Below are positions 1 through 9,423 of a DNA stretch of 64,000 nucleotides, piece by piece. The DNA lies in contig JACOZV010000002.1 in assembly GCA_016181175.1 (NCBI GenBank), forward strand, positions 115 to 64,114, in the 5' to 3' direction. Positions within the stretch are counted from its first letter, which is position 1; each line of letters begins with the position of its first letter. Under the pieces are notes generated by a model, which saw nothing but the letters and a program-made list of their open reading frames with translations, was not told where the DNA came from and ran no database searches. The position numbers and the translations under genes were made by a program. This stretch comes from Candidatus Yanofskybacteria bacterium (GTDB taxonomy: Bacteria; Patescibacteriota; Minisyncoccia; 2-02-FULL-40-12; IGHO2-01-FULL-4-A).

Positions 1-13
1 AACCAAGTTAGAG

Positions 14-1720
14 ATGGTTAACTCTGAAAACACATCAACTGACTATGATATAAAATTTATCAAAATCGGGGCAAGTATTAACAGTACAAATGTAGTTTGG
101 AGTGCATTGGGAATGTATGATGATAACGGGTCAATATACGGGGCCGATATAGGGTTTTCGACTCCTGTTGGCGGCGGTTACTCGCTGACCTTTGGTACGA
201 ATAATGATATAGTCGGAAATCCCATAACACGCATGACCATTAATAATTTTGGCAATATTGGAATGGGAACAACAACACCGGCAATGAAGTTGCATGTGGC
301 GTCCACGTCGGACGAGGCCGTCCTGCGTTTGCAAGATAGCGACGGAACTTGCGATTATAACCCGGAATCTACCGATACCGGTTTTTCTTGTTCATCTGAT
401 GCCAGGCTCAAAACTAATATAAGGGAAGCATCTCCAGCTCTTCCGTATTTGTTGGGCCTTCCAATAAAAGATTATGTGGTCATATCTTCGCAGGAAGAAA
501 AAACCGGTGTAGTCGCGCAGGATTTACTGGAAAAGTATTCAGAACTGGTTTCACTTGGCGACGATGGTTTTTACAAAGTTACGCCGGTAACTTCATGGAA
601 AGTAGTTAAGGGCATACAGGAACTTGATGCTAAAATAGCCAGTTTGTCGGCGCAATTAAACAACAACGGAGTTATTGTCGATTCTGGCAGTTCCGGCGGC
701 AGTGTTACAATTAATAACCGGTTATCTGTTGATGATATACTGGGAGTTTACGCATCGGGGAGCGCGGTGGCGCTAGAACATTCAAGCGAGTTTGACAGTC
801 TAAAGTTAAAAGCGGTAAAAAATTTAATTTTTGATGCGCCGGTTTCGATATTCCAGAGTATTTGGGCTAAAGGAGATTTTATAACCGATGGCATTAAAAA
901 AACTTATTATACCGTGGCAAATATCTTACCGAACGTGGATATTGCGACAATGGCTGCCAACTGGGTTTCAAGGGATGTAATCATTTCAAATGACGCCGAT
1001 TTGGATACGCTGTCGCTGTTCAGCGGTAATGGGGCGCAGGCGGCGGAGCAATCAAAGGCAGACTTGGCCGAAAACGGCAACTATATAGCAACTTATGGTG
1101 TAGATTCCACGAGGGGAGAAGTGCAACTAAGTGGGTCATCTGATTTGGTGGGTGGTGAGGCAAAAATTTACTTTGATTACTCATTCACGGCCTTGATATC
1201 TGATGTAGCGTCAATTAAGGTCATAGTTACGCCTACGACGAATACAATCCGCGGACAACTATATGTTGCAAACAAAACACCCTATGGGTTTACTATCCGC
1301 GAGCTCAACGGACTAAGCGATGGTAAATTTGACTGGTTGGTGATTGCAAGAAGAAAAGGATATGAAGGCGCAGATGGGCAAAACACAAACAGTCAAACTC
1401 AAACAACAAATGAGCCAACTCCGTTTCCGATACCAATTCCAGAGCCGAGCCTATCAGAAAATCCAACGCCATCTACGGAGCCCTCAATTAACCTCGAGTC
1501 TAGCGTGTCTCCGATTCCAACACCAGAGATATTATTGACCCCAGAACCGATCTTGTCTGAATCGCCAAGTCATACCCCATTAGAGCCGACCCCGGAACCA
1601 CCCGCCAATAGCGGAGTTACGGGACAGGTACCAACACTTTCTTCTGGTCCTACACCAGAATCAAGTGTGGAAACGATACTAAGTCCAACCCCAACCCCGA
1701 CTGACGCGTTGACACCATAA
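14..1720 (+). CDS. Surface/secreted protein with a tail-fibre-like N-terminus, an internal intramolecular-chaperone (Peptidase_S74 / endosialidase-chaperone-like) domain, and a C-terminal Pro/Thr/Ser-rich tail. Its 5' end may lie upstream of the window.
   Basis: The motif SSDARLKTNI...GVVAQDLLEKYSELV matches the conserved S-D-x-R-L-K-x-N-I ... G-x-I-A-Q-E-V autoprocessing signature (from memory). It is preceded by a tail-fibre-like GMGTTTPAMKLHV motif. The last ~150 aa are a PT/PS-rich linker-like stretch. The reading frame is open back to base 2. Confidence 0.6.
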   Translation: MVNSENTSTDYDIKFIKIGASINSTNVVWSALGMYDDNGSIYGADIGFSTPVGGGYSLTFGTNNDIVGNPITRMTINNFGNIGMGTTTPAMKLHVASTSDEAVLRLQDSDGTCDYNPESTDTGFSCSSDARLKTNIREASPALPYLLGLPIKDYVVISSQEEKTGVVAQDLLEKYSELVSLGDDGFYKVTPVTSWKVVKGIQELDAKIASLSAQLNNNGVIVDSGSSGGSVTINNRLSVDDILGVYASGSAVALEHSSEFDSLKLKAVKNLIFDAPVSIFQSIWAKGDFITDGIKKTYYTVANILPNVDIATMAANWVSRDVIISNDADLDTLSLFSGNGAQAAEQSKADLAENGNYIATYGVDSTRGEVQLSGSSDLVGGEAKIYFDYSFTALISDVASIKVIVTPTTNTIRGQLYVANKTPYGFTIRELNGLSDGKFDWLVIARRKGYEGADGQNTNSQTQTTNEPTPFPIPIPEPSLSENPTPSTEPSINLESSVSPIPTPEILLTPEPILSESPSHTPLEPTPEPPANSGVTGQVPTLSSGPTPESSVETILSPTPTPTDALTP

Positions 1721-1814
1721 ATTAATTTTTTTAATATCTTAATTCAGCCCTTGGTAATTTGCACGGGAGGCCGATTTGATTGGCAATTCGCTGTGATTAC
1801 CGGGTCATGATTTT

Positions 1815-4325
1815 ATGAAGGTTGATTCATACGAAGAGGATTTTGGAAATTTTTCAGAAATAAGTCAGTCAGATTCCACGGTGGTGGAAGAAGGTGAAAA
1901 CCGAGATGGCAGTTCTGATGCCGTTCAGTACCAAGAAGAGCCAATTTTGGCCAACGTTACTCCTTTGTTTCGAACGACAATACGCCGGTTAGTTTATTCC
2001 GCAGTCTTTATATTGCCGCTTTGGTTTTTACCGTGGACGGCGGATATTTTGGAATTCAATAAGCAAACTTTGTTAATTGCGGTAGCCGGTATCGGGCTAG
2101 TCTTGTATCTGGTTGATATTATCAGGGGCGGTATTGTTAGTTATAAACCGACTTTGTTTTATTTTCCTGTTGCCGGCATCATGGCAGCTAGTGCCATATC
2201 GGTTATTTTTTCAGTTAACAAGTTTACCAGTTTATTTGGTGTTGGAGAGAGTCGAAGCGCCGCTTTTGTAACCGTTGCTTCATTGGCTGTCTTGTTTTTC
2301 TTGGCAGTAAACGTCATTGAAGACAGAGGAAATAAATTGAAGAAAATTGTCACTGCATCATTGGCGCTGGCATTTATTTTTGGAGTATTGCAAGTTTTTG
2401 GCATTTTTCTTTTTAAGGGAACGGTTTTTGCTTCCAGAGCTTTTAACAGTGTCGGCTCTTTGAACTCTCTAGGCATATTGGCCGCCTTATCCCTAGTATT
2501 TTTTATTCCTTCTGGTATTGCAAAAAAACATGACGACGAAAACTTGGCCGAACCGAATTTGATTTCAATGCTTGCCGGCGGCTTGCGTTATATAGGCATA
2601 GTGTCCGCTCTTTTGCTGGTCATACTTATCAATTGGTGGCCGGTTTGGGTTATTACTTTTATATCCTTGTTGACATTGGTGTACTTTGATTCTGTCGGTG
2701 ATGCCAGGTTGGTCAAAAATAGGAAGATGAAATTGTTTGCAATGCCGATGGTCGTGATCGTTTTGGGCGTTTTCTTAATGTTGATTAATTTTAACTGGAC
2801 GTCATTAAAATCAAAATTACCGGTAGAGGTTGCGCCATCGCACAAAACTTCTTGGAAGATAGATTTAAATTCTTTGAGAACCAAGCCTTCGGGCTATGGA
2901 GCTGAAAATTTTGCGATTGCTTATGATAAGTTTAAGCCGACTAGCATAGCTAACTCTGTTTTTTACCGATTCAGGTTTAGTGATTCGGCATCAGAGTTGT
3001 ACAATTCTGCGGCAGAAGGAGGTTTTTTGGCCATATTAAGTTTTATTGCGCTTCTTTGGTTCTACTGGAAGGAGATGACAGCACGAATTAAGGACAGTTT
3101 TAATAGCGGTGCGGAGACAAGCGCTATTTGGGCCGCAAGTTTTGGCTTATTGGTAGCTTACTTTTTATACCCATTCAATGTTGTAACCATGGCATTTTTA
3201 TTCTTGTTGCTTGCCTTGATAGTTCTGACTTCGGATTCCAGCCAAGAACGCACAATTAGTCTTGAAAGTGATGCGAAACTATCTTTTGCCGGTTCACTGG
3301 CCTTTATAATGGGATTAGTATTGGTTTTGGTCGCGGGTTACTTTACAACCAAAAATTACGCGGCCAATATTTCTTTGGCTAGAGCTTTGGAAAATAGCAA
3401 TTTGAGCAAATCCATAGAATATTTTGTAAAAAGTGCCAACGGTAACCCGAATGATACCAGGGCTTACAGATTACTATCCCAAGCGGTTGTGGCCCAATTG
3501 GCGGAAGATTTGAAAAAAGGTCCGCAAAAGGGCGAAAGCCGTGAAACTTATGACAGCAAAATACAAAACCAGATTGCTTCGGCAGTCAGCATTGCATTAA
3601 GGGCAACCGATACCAATTCGGCTGATTCTCAAAATTGGATAAATCGCGGTTTGATTTATGAAAACATCATGACCTTAGTTAGCGGAGCCAATCAGGCGGC
3701 GGTTAATATGTATAACGAGTCTCTGACGCGCAATCCGGCCGATCCGAATACTTATTTAAGAATAGGTAATGTCTACTTGTCCGCATCTGATAATCTGCAA
3801 AGGGCGTTAAATAATTCTCAAAATCGGGGAGGTGTTGATTTTGCCGCCGTTCGCAAACAAATAAGCGATGACTTGGTAAGGGCGGAGGAAAATTATAAAA
3901 AAGCAATTTCTTTTTATAACAACTTTGGCCAAGCCCTCTTTAACTTAGCGGTGGTTTATGATCGGCAAGATAAGTTGCCGGATGCTATCAAGCAGTTTGA
4001 GAAATTACGAGCGGCCAATCCAAAGGATCCAAGCGTGGCGTTCCAATTGGGACTCCTTTATTATCGCAACAACCAGAAGAATAACGCTTTTACGGTGTGG
4101 CAACAGGCGGTGATACTTTTCCCGAACTATTCCAACGCCAGATGGTATTTGTCATTAGTCTTTGAAGAACGTGGTGATCTGGATAATGCGCTAAAGCAGG
4201 TTGAGGAAATAGAAAAATTCAACCCCGATAACGAATTAATTAGACAAAGATTGACCCAGTTGCGTTCCGGCAAAAGAACGATACCCCCGGACAGGGTTTT
4301 AGATAAAAAACCCTTAGATCAATAA
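1815..4325 (+). CDS. Polytopic membrane protein with an O-antigen-ligase (Wzy_C)-like core and C-terminal TPR repeats
   Basis: At least 10 predicted TM segments; YNSAAEGGFLAILSFIALL resembles the Wzy_C signature; the C-terminal ~300 aa have TPR-like periodicity (the motif LGLLYYRNNQKNNAFTVWQQAV). Confidence 0.6.
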   Translation: MKVDSYEEDFGNFSEISQSDSTVVEEGENRDGSSDAVQYQEEPILANVTPLFRTTIRRLVYSAVFILPLWFLPWTADILEFNKQTLLIAVAGIGLVLYLVDIIRGGIVSYKPTLFYFPVAGIMAASAISVIFSVNKFTSLFGVGESRSAAFVTVASLAVLFFLAVNVIEDRGNKLKKIVTASLALAFIFGVLQVFGIFLFKGTVFASRAFNSVGSLNSLGILAALSLVFFIPSGIAKKHDDENLAEPNLISMLAGGLRYIGIVSALLLVILINWWPVWVITFISLLTLVYFDSVGDARLVKNRKMKLFAMPMVVIVLGVFLMLINFNWTSLKSKLPVEVAPSHKTSWKIDLNSLRTKPSGYGAENFAIAYDKFKPTSIANSVFYRFRFSDSASELYNSAAEGGFLAILSFIALLWFYWKEMTARIKDSFNSGAETSAIWAASFGLLVAYFLYPFNVVTMAFLFLLLALIVLTSDSSQERTISLESDAKLSFAGSLAFIMGLVLVLVAGYFTTKNYAANISLARALENSNLSKSIEYFVKSANGNPNDTRAYRLLSQAVVAQLAEDLKKGPQKGESRETYDSKIQNQIASAVSIALRATDTNSADSQNWINRGLIYENIMTLVSGANQAAVNMYNESLTRNPADPNTYLRIGNVYLSASDNLQRALNNSQNRGGVDFAAVRKQISDDLVRAEENYKKAISFYNNFGQALFNLAVVYDRQDKLPDAIKQFEKLRAANPKDPSVAFQLGLLYYRNNQKNNAFTVWQQAVILFPNYSNARWYLSLVFEERGDLDNALKQVEEIEKFNPDNELIRQRLTQLRSGKRTIPPDRVLDKKPLDQ

Positions 4326-4361
4326 CCTATTCTGAAAAATAATTATTATAAAATTAGCGCC

Positions 4362-5336
4362 ATGATTATCATGGTTGCCCTAATTATCGGGGTAGTTATG
4401 ATAATTTTGCCAAACTCTTTAATTCACAGAACGCTTCCCATAGAAGCAAGTTTTGTTATTGAGAGGGGCCAATCTTTGGGTTCAGTTGCACGTTCATTGG
4501 CAAAACAAGATTTGATATTAAATAAGTATCTTTTTGTGATTTATGCCATAGCTTCCGGCAACGAGAGAAATTTTAAAGCCGGAAATTATAAAATACCCGC
4601 CAATGCCAGTATCGGAGAACTGGTAAATATTTTTGCGGAAGGCAGATCAGAGCCGGAGGGTATGGTTGTTACCATTCCGGAGGGGACGAATATCGCAGAT
4701 GCGGACAGGATATTAACAAAAGCTAATATAATAAAGGCGGGAGAATTTTTGGGGGCGGCATTACAACACGAGGGATATCTCTTCCCGGACACATATAGAT
4801 TTAATGAAGCCGGTGGCAATAATACGGCAAATAATGGTGTTGAAGAAATTGTTAAAAAGATGCGGGAAAATTTTGAGCTGAAAACCGTAGATGTATTTAA
4901 AGGAATTAGCCAGCCAAGAATTAAAGAGATTGTTATTACAGCTTCAATTTTAGAGAGGGAGGTAAAGACAGAGCAGGATATGAAAATAGTAGCGGGCATT
5001 ATTGAAAAAAGGTTTAGTTTGGATTTGCCGCTGGAAATTGATGCCACGGTTGCTTATGGAGTTTGTTACCCGGAATTTTTATTCGGGCGTATCTGCGATG
5101 TTTCACTGGCAAATATTGTGGATAACATACCAAAGAATTCGGTCTATAATACATATAAAAGGAAGGGATTGCCAATCGGTCCGATAACGAATCCTGGATT
5201 GACGGCGATAAACGCCGCCTTGAATCCGCAGCCAAGCGATTATCTGTTTTATCTTAGTGCAAGGGACGGAACCACAATTTTTTCTAAGACCGCAGAAGAA
5301 CACGCGAGAGCGAGGGCTAAGTATCTGAAATTATAA
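4362..5336 (+). CDS. mltG: Endolytic murein transglycosylase MltG (YceG family)
   Basis: N-terminal TM anchor; YceG-like catalytic region with the motifs GLPIGPITNPG and LFYLSARDGTTIFS. Confidence 0.8.
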   Translation: MIIMVALIIGVVMIILPNSLIHRTLPIEASFVIERGQSLGSVARSLAKQDLILNKYLFVIYAIASGNERNFKAGNYKIPANASIGELVNIFAEGRSEPEGMVVTIPEGTNIADADRILTKANIIKAGEFLGAALQHEGYLFPDTYRFNEAGGNNTANNGVEEIVKKMRENFELKTVDVFKGISQPRIKEIVITASILEREVKTEQDMKIVAGIIEKRFSLDLPLEIDATVAYGVCYPEFLFGRICDVSLANIVDNIPKNSVYNTYKRKGLPIGPITNPGLTAINAALNPQPSDYLFYLSARDGTTIFSKTAEEHARARAKYLKL

Positions 5337-5369
5337 ATTTTAAATTATAAATTATAATTCAAAAAAAAT

Positions 5370-5687
5370 ATGTTAATAAATTTTTTAGTAAATTACGCTC
5401 GGGCGGTTGAACTACCGACATTTGACCAGCCGGATTTGCCGGCTTTTATTAGTTCAGTTTATAGTTTCTCTCTTACTATAGTAGGTATAATTGTTTTTGT
5501 CAGGATTTTGTATGCCGGTTTTTTACTGCTGACTGCCGCAGGCAATGTTGGCAAAATAAGCGATGCTAAGACAAAAATAACCAATGCGGTTGTAGGCACA
5601 ATTTTACTTTTTGCGGCTTACCTGATTCTGTATGTTATCAACCCGGATTTGGTTAAAAATACGTTTAATTTTGGCTTGAACCAATAG
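5370..5687 (+). CDS. Small two-TM pilin-like protein (TrbC/VirB2-like type IV secretion pilin family)
   Basis: 105 aa, two hydrophobic helices; the motif AGFLLLTAAGNVGKISDAKTKITNAVVGTILLFAAYLI resembles VirB2/T4SS-pilin family proteins. Confidence 0.4.
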   Translation: MLINFLVNYARAVELPTFDQPDLPAFISSVYSFSLTIVGIIVFVRILYAGFLLLTAAGNVGKISDAKTKITNAVVGTILLFAAYLILYVINPDLVKNTFNFGLNQ

Positions 5688-5699
5688 GGGTTGACCCCT

Positions 5700-5924
5700 A
5701 AAAAAATATTTGCTAAGCTAATTTTACCGTAGAAAGCGGGCAGGTTCTCGATATAGAGAATGGCATAAGTCCCGCCGAGGTATTAAGCCTTTTTTGGATC
5801 GAGCTACGGTTTAAAAGACCGTTTTTGTTTTAAAAATGAATCCCGTACGAAGTCCGAAATATTATTTCGGCAGAAACCGGAGGTTTCTTACTTCGTTCGG
5901 GATGCAGCAGCTACTTCATACGGG
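5700..5924 (+). promoter_or_regulatory. Structured 5' leader of rplJ-rplL (candidate L10-leader autoregulatory RNA). It contains an inverted-repeat element (5840-5903) and an 8-codon uORF.
   Basis: 225-bp ORF-free region directly upstream of rplJ with several hairpins. The uORF ATGCAGCAGCTACTTCATACGGGATGA (5902-5928) has a stop that overlaps the rplJ ATG (ATGA). Confidence 0.35.
5840..5903 (+). repeat. Inverted-repeat element ATCCCGTACGAAG...CTTCGTTCGGGAT, a short member of the CCCGWACGA IR family
   Basis: 11-bp arms with one conserved central mismatch flanking an internal hairpin CCGAAATATTATTTCGG. The arms share the ATCCCGTACGA / TCGTTCGGGAT core with the elements at 8993-9118 and 34488-34628. 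Confidence 0.5.
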
Positions 5925-6422
5925 ATGAAATCAAAAACACAAAAAAAAGAAGAACTGGCAAAGCTAAAAGACAAATTGGCAAAAGCTAAGATTGTAGTAT
6001 TTTCTTCTTTTGCCAGAGATGGTGAAAAGGGTTTGAATGTCGCGGAAATGAGGAGATTAAAAAATGAACTCCGGGTAATTAACTCGGAATATTTGGTTGA
6101 GAAAAAAACACTGCTTGACAGGGCGTTAAAAGATGTCAAAAGTGAAATTGATGTTTTTCAGTACCAGGGTTCGTTGGGTGCCGCTATCGGATATGGAGAC
6201 GGACAAACGGTCGCCAAGACAATTTATAGTTTTGCGAGGAAAAGCCCGGCATTGAAGTATTTCGGTGCCATATGGAACGACAAGTTCTTGGATCTCGCGC
6301 AATTTATTGAATTTGCCAAGCTGCCGTCAAAAGAGGTTATGATTGCAAGATTGCTGGGCATGATGAAGTACCCCTTGCAAGCCTTAGCGATAACATTAAA
6401 ACAAATAGCAGATAAAAAATAA
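5925..6422 (+). CDS. rplJ: 50S ribosomal protein L10
   Basis: 165 aa, L10-like; immediately upstream of L7/L12. Confidence 0.9.
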   Translation: MKSKTQKKEELAKLKDKLAKAKIVVFSSFARDGEKGLNVAEMRRLKNELRVINSEYLVEKKTLLDRALKDVKSEIDVFQYQGSLGAAIGYGDGQTVAKTIYSFARKSPALKYFGAIWNDKFLDLAQFIEFAKLPSKEVMIARLLGMMKYPLQALAITLKQIADKK

Positions 6423-6460
6423 AACTAATTTTATAATTTTTAATTTTATAATTTTATAAA

Positions 6461-6506
6461 TAATTTTTAATGTTTAAAAATTAAAACATTAAGATTTATT
6501 TAAAAA
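6461..6506. repeat. AT-rich intergenic repeat (copy a; reverse orientation) with the hairpin core TTAATGTTTAAAAATTAAAACATTAAGATTTATTTAAA
   Basis: Reverse complement of the TTTAAATAAATCTTAATGTTTTAATTTTTAAACATTA motif found at 10893-10975, 14045-14130 and 63690-63770. Lies in the rplJ-rplL spacer. Confidence 0.55.
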
Positions 6507-6513
6507 CTAAAAA

Positions 6514-6912
6514 TTGGAAATTAAAAATTTAAACAAAATGAACAAAGAGGATTTCATAAAGGATATTGAATCTATGTCTGTGGTCGAATTGAACGAATTA
6601 GTTAAGTCTCTTGAAGAGAAATTCGGTGTATCCGCCGCGGCTATGGCTGCGCCGGCAGCCGGAGCGGCAGCTGAAGAGGGAGTGGGAGCAGCCGAAGAAA
6701 AGGATAGCTTTTCGGTAATTTTGAAAGACGGGGGACAACAGAAGATACAAGTTATCAAGGTTGTTCGCGAAGTAACCGGCAAGGGTCTTAAAGAAGCCAA
6801 GGATTTGGTTGATGGCGTGCCGCAAACCGTCAAAGAAGGAGCCAAAAAAGAAGAGGCCGAGGAACTCAAAAAGAAGTTAGAAGATGCAGGCGCGACAGTG
6901 GAACTAAAATAA
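6514..6912 (+). CDS. rplL: 50S ribosomal protein L7/L12
   Basis: 132 aa; Ala-rich flexible hinge ([16 protein letters not shown]); C-terminal domain with the motif [20 protein letters not shown]. Confidence 0.92.
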   Translation: MEIKNLNKMNKEDFIKDIESMSVVELNELVKSLEEKFGVSAAAMAAPAAGAAAEEGVGAAEEKDSFSVILKDGGQQKIQVIKVVREVTGKGLKEAKDLVDGVPQTVKEGAKKEEAEELKKKLEDAGATVELK

Positions 6913-6930
6913 GAACCAAGAACCGCTTGA

Positions 6931-6980
6931 AATCAACTAACTAAAAATCCGCCGAAAGGCGGATTTTTAGTTAGTTGATT
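6931..6980. terminator. Bidirectional rho-independent terminator (23-bp perfect stem, GAAA loop)
   Basis: AATCAACTAACTAAAAATCCGCC-GAAA-GGCGGATTTTTAGTTAGTTGATT lies between convergent rplL and the minus-strand gene 6979-8994. Confidence 0.75.
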
Positions 6981-8994
6981 ATTTGATTGTCCAAATTTTA
7001 TTGTCTGCCGAGAGTATCCAGATAGTGCCGTCGGGAGATATAGAAATGTCTTGTGGCGTGCCGACGGTGTCAAGTTTGTATGTTGTCTTGATTTCACCTG
7101 TTGTTTTGTCAAAAATATAAACTCTTTTGTTGGCTTTATCTGTTTGATAAATGAATGCCGAATCCTTAGAGGTGAAAATGCGGCTGCCTGAAGCAGGAAT
7201 CAGCTTAAGGTCCGACTCGCCAACTTTCTCACCCTTGAAGTATTTGAACAATTTTCCCTCACTTGTGAGTGCATAGATGTTGCCGTCGGCAGTTATGGAT
7301 AGCAGATTGGCACTTTGATCACTATTGGACCAGCCAGTTCGTTTTGTGCCGCCCGTTGCTGCATCGGCATATTTGTAAATAATGTTTCCCGAGAGTGTAT
7401 AAAGATTGTTTTCATACAGAATAGCATCGACTGCTGGTGATGCATCCTTTAATGAGTATTCACTCATTTTTTTAGATTCCAAATTGTAAACTCCAAAAGT
7501 TTCCGAACCGTTAAACAACAAGATTCCTGATGGAATGCTAAACAAAAATTGCGGTATTATCTTAAACTGACTCAAATTAGAATTTTCATTTGGAGTGACA
7601 GACGACACGATTCCATCGGAATCAGTCAAAAAAGCCAGATCGCCAGCTGCTGTTATAAAGTTTGCTTTGAAATTTTGATTTTGAACCGTCGGATCAGCAA
7701 AAAGTACCGGTTCCTTATTACTGGCGTGATCCAGGCCATCCAGTATCTGGTTTATTTGTTGTTTTGTATCATCGGCTTTTTTTCCGGAAATATCAGTCAG
7801 GCTTACCAGTGACGCTTGGAGCAATGATCTCGCGTCTCTTAAGTTGTTTTGAGTTATGCGTGATTCCGCAAGTTTCAGGTTTTCGCCGGCTTGTTTAATG
7901 ATATTTTTCTCTGTGCCGGAATTGCCCCCAGTTTTCAATAAGACGAAAGCCAAAATTGGTATTAAAACAATTACCGATAATGCAATAAAACTGTGACGGT
8001 GAGCACGATTGTTTAATTTACCGATTAATCCCAGCTTTTTAATGGTGTTCAAAAGCGGTGTAAAAATATTAACCCTTTTGCTAACCAAAAATTCTGCGGG
8101 TATAATTCTTGACTGTTCCGGCAATTCTTGCAAGGAAACAGATTTGGTCGGTTCCTCGTTTAACAGTTGGTTTTGGTTTTCTTTTTGAACAGCGGCTGAA
8201 TTTGGAGAGTTAGTAGTAAGTGATGCCGCTAATTTATCAGATGGCCCGTCAGTTTTTTCGCTTTTGATTTGGACTGGCCTGATTGTTTTGGGGGCCATAG
8301 CTGAAATTGGTATCTCTTTTATTTCGCGTATGTCCATGTGGACGCCGCAACAAGAAAAGTTGGTGGCATTGGCCGCAAGGTGGGCGATTTTTTGACCGAA
8401 TTCGTCCTGGCCATCTTTAACAAAAATGTCATTTAACTGTTTCTCTCTTGAAGTTATGGATCTAAACGGAAAATAAGCAAAAATTTTGTCGTTTGGCTGT
8501 ACTTTGCCAGAAATAATATTTGAAAACTGTTTTTCTCCCTCCGCATCTTTGCTGAAAAGCTCTATGTTGTTGAGGATATCTATATATCTGCCGTTGCGCG
8601 CCAAGGCTATTTTAAATTTGCCCAACCTTGAGATATAGATATTGTCGCCGGATATGGCCGCTAGGCCGATATCCAATTTGAAATTTTTATTTTGGAAAAA
8701 ATCATCCAGAACCTCATTGAGTTTTTTAAGTGTTCGTTCAAAGGAGCCCTTGGCGTTTTGTTCGCGGAGAGAATACTCGGAATAATATTCCCTTTTTGCC
8801 AAAGACGAAATCAGGCTTACAACATAGGCAAGATTTTCGTCAGCATACTTAATGTGTCCCAGGATAAAAAGTGAACCCAGCATTTTTTCCTGCCCGTTTG
8901 CGCCCTGGTAAGACAAAACATCAAAGTGAACGTTGCCCCCGCTGTTTTTATATATGAGTTCTTTTACGCTTGGTTTTAGAGTTATCTTTTCCAT
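6979..8994 (-). CDS. Membrane-anchored protein: N-terminal cytoplasmic domain, single TM, extracellular beta-propeller-like repeats
   Basis: 671 aa; a TM segment (FIALSVIVLIPILAFVLL) at mid-protein; the C-terminal ~300 aa carry repeated ...DG.IY... blades ending in DGTIWILSADNKIWTIK. Confidence 0.55.
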   Translation of the reverse strand: MEKITLKPSVKELIYKNSGGNVHFDVLSYQGANGQEKMLGSLFILGHIKYADENLAYVVSLISSLAKREYYSEYSLREQNAKGSFERTLKKLNEVLDDFFQNKNFKLDIGLAAISGDNIYISRLGKFKIALARNGRYIDILNNIELFSKDAEGEKQFSNIISGKVQPNDKIFAYFPFRSITSREKQLNDIFVKDGQDEFGQKIAHLAANATNFSCCGVHMDIREIKEIPISAMAPKTIRPVQIKSEKTDGPSDKLAASLTTNSPNSAAVQKENQNQLLNEEPTKSVSLQELPEQSRIIPAEFLVSKRVNIFTPLLNTIKKLGLIGKLNNRAHRHSFIALSVIVLIPILAFVLLKTGGNSGTEKNIIKQAGENLKLAESRITQNNLRDARSLLQASLVSLTDISGKKADDTKQQINQILDGLDHASNKEPVLFADPTVQNQNFKANFITAAGDLAFLTDSDGIVSSVTPNENSNLSQFKIIPQFLFSIPSGILLFNGSETFGVYNLESKKMSEYSLKDASPAVDAILYENNLYTLSGNIIYKYADAATGGTKRTGWSNSDQSANLLSITADGNIYALTSEGKLFKYFKGEKVGESDLKLIPASGSRIFTSKDSAFIYQTDKANKRVYIFDKTTGEIKTTYKLDTVGTPQDISISPDGTIWILSADNKIWTIK

Positions 8995-9118
8995 CCCGTA
9001 CGAGACAGGAAATGCTTTTTGAGCATTTCCGTATTATATAAGTTTATCTTGCTGGTATTGATAATCATAATTTTACAAAACGATTATTTGTGTTGCTCTT
9101 GCTGTCTCGTTCGGGATC
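8993..9118. repeat. Inverted-repeat element (copy 1 of the ATCCCGWACGAGACAG IR family). Its left arm overlaps the ATG of the gene 6979-8994.
   Basis: 16-bp arms ATCCCGTACGAGACAG ... CTGTCTCGTTCGGGAT with one mismatch; a 94-bp interior with its own hairpin GAAATGCTTTTTGAGCATTTCC. Both arms are identical to the copy at 34488-34628. Confidence 0.65.
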
Positions 9119-9210
9119 CATGCTTGTATTGATAATTGACACAGTAAAGCCGATTTACTACTCTTCCTAGTGTAATTCCCTACTCTAATTCTAATCCGAA
9201 AGATATAAAC

Positions 9211-9408
9211 ATGTCAAAACACAAATCCCTCTTCGAATTATTGTTTGGTTCAAAAACAAGAGTTAAAATACTCAAGTTTTTATTTCGCAACCCTAGCCTG
9301 TCATTTAGTGTTAAAGAATTATCAGTTCGGATACAAGAACCATTGTCGGTAGTAAATAAAGAAGTTAAAAATTTTACTGAAATCGGATTGATTAAATTTA
9401 AAAAATAG
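9211..9408 (+). CDS. Small winged-helix (ArsR/MarR-like) DNA-binding protein
   Basis: 65 aa; the motif SKTRVKILKFLFRNPSLSFSVKELSVRIQEPLSVVNKEV fits an HTH/winged-helix pattern. Confidence 0.4.
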   Translation: MSKHKSLFELLFGSKTRVKILKFLFRNPSLSFSVKELSVRIQEPLSVVNKEVKNFTEIGLIKFKK

Positions 9409-9423
9409 CCATATTTTTAGATC

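Noticed and set aside
131-334. Numerous 60-150-aa ORFs antisense to or nested in confident genes (e.g. 131-334, 2159-2476, 4586-5047, 6507-6869, 12870-13142, 19298-19591, 27639-27878, 33124-33621, 42592-43299, 49435-49866, 52760-53216)
   Set aside because: They lie entirely inside well-supported genes on the other strand or in another frame, lack RBS context, and have no family resemblance. They are typical spurious ORFs.
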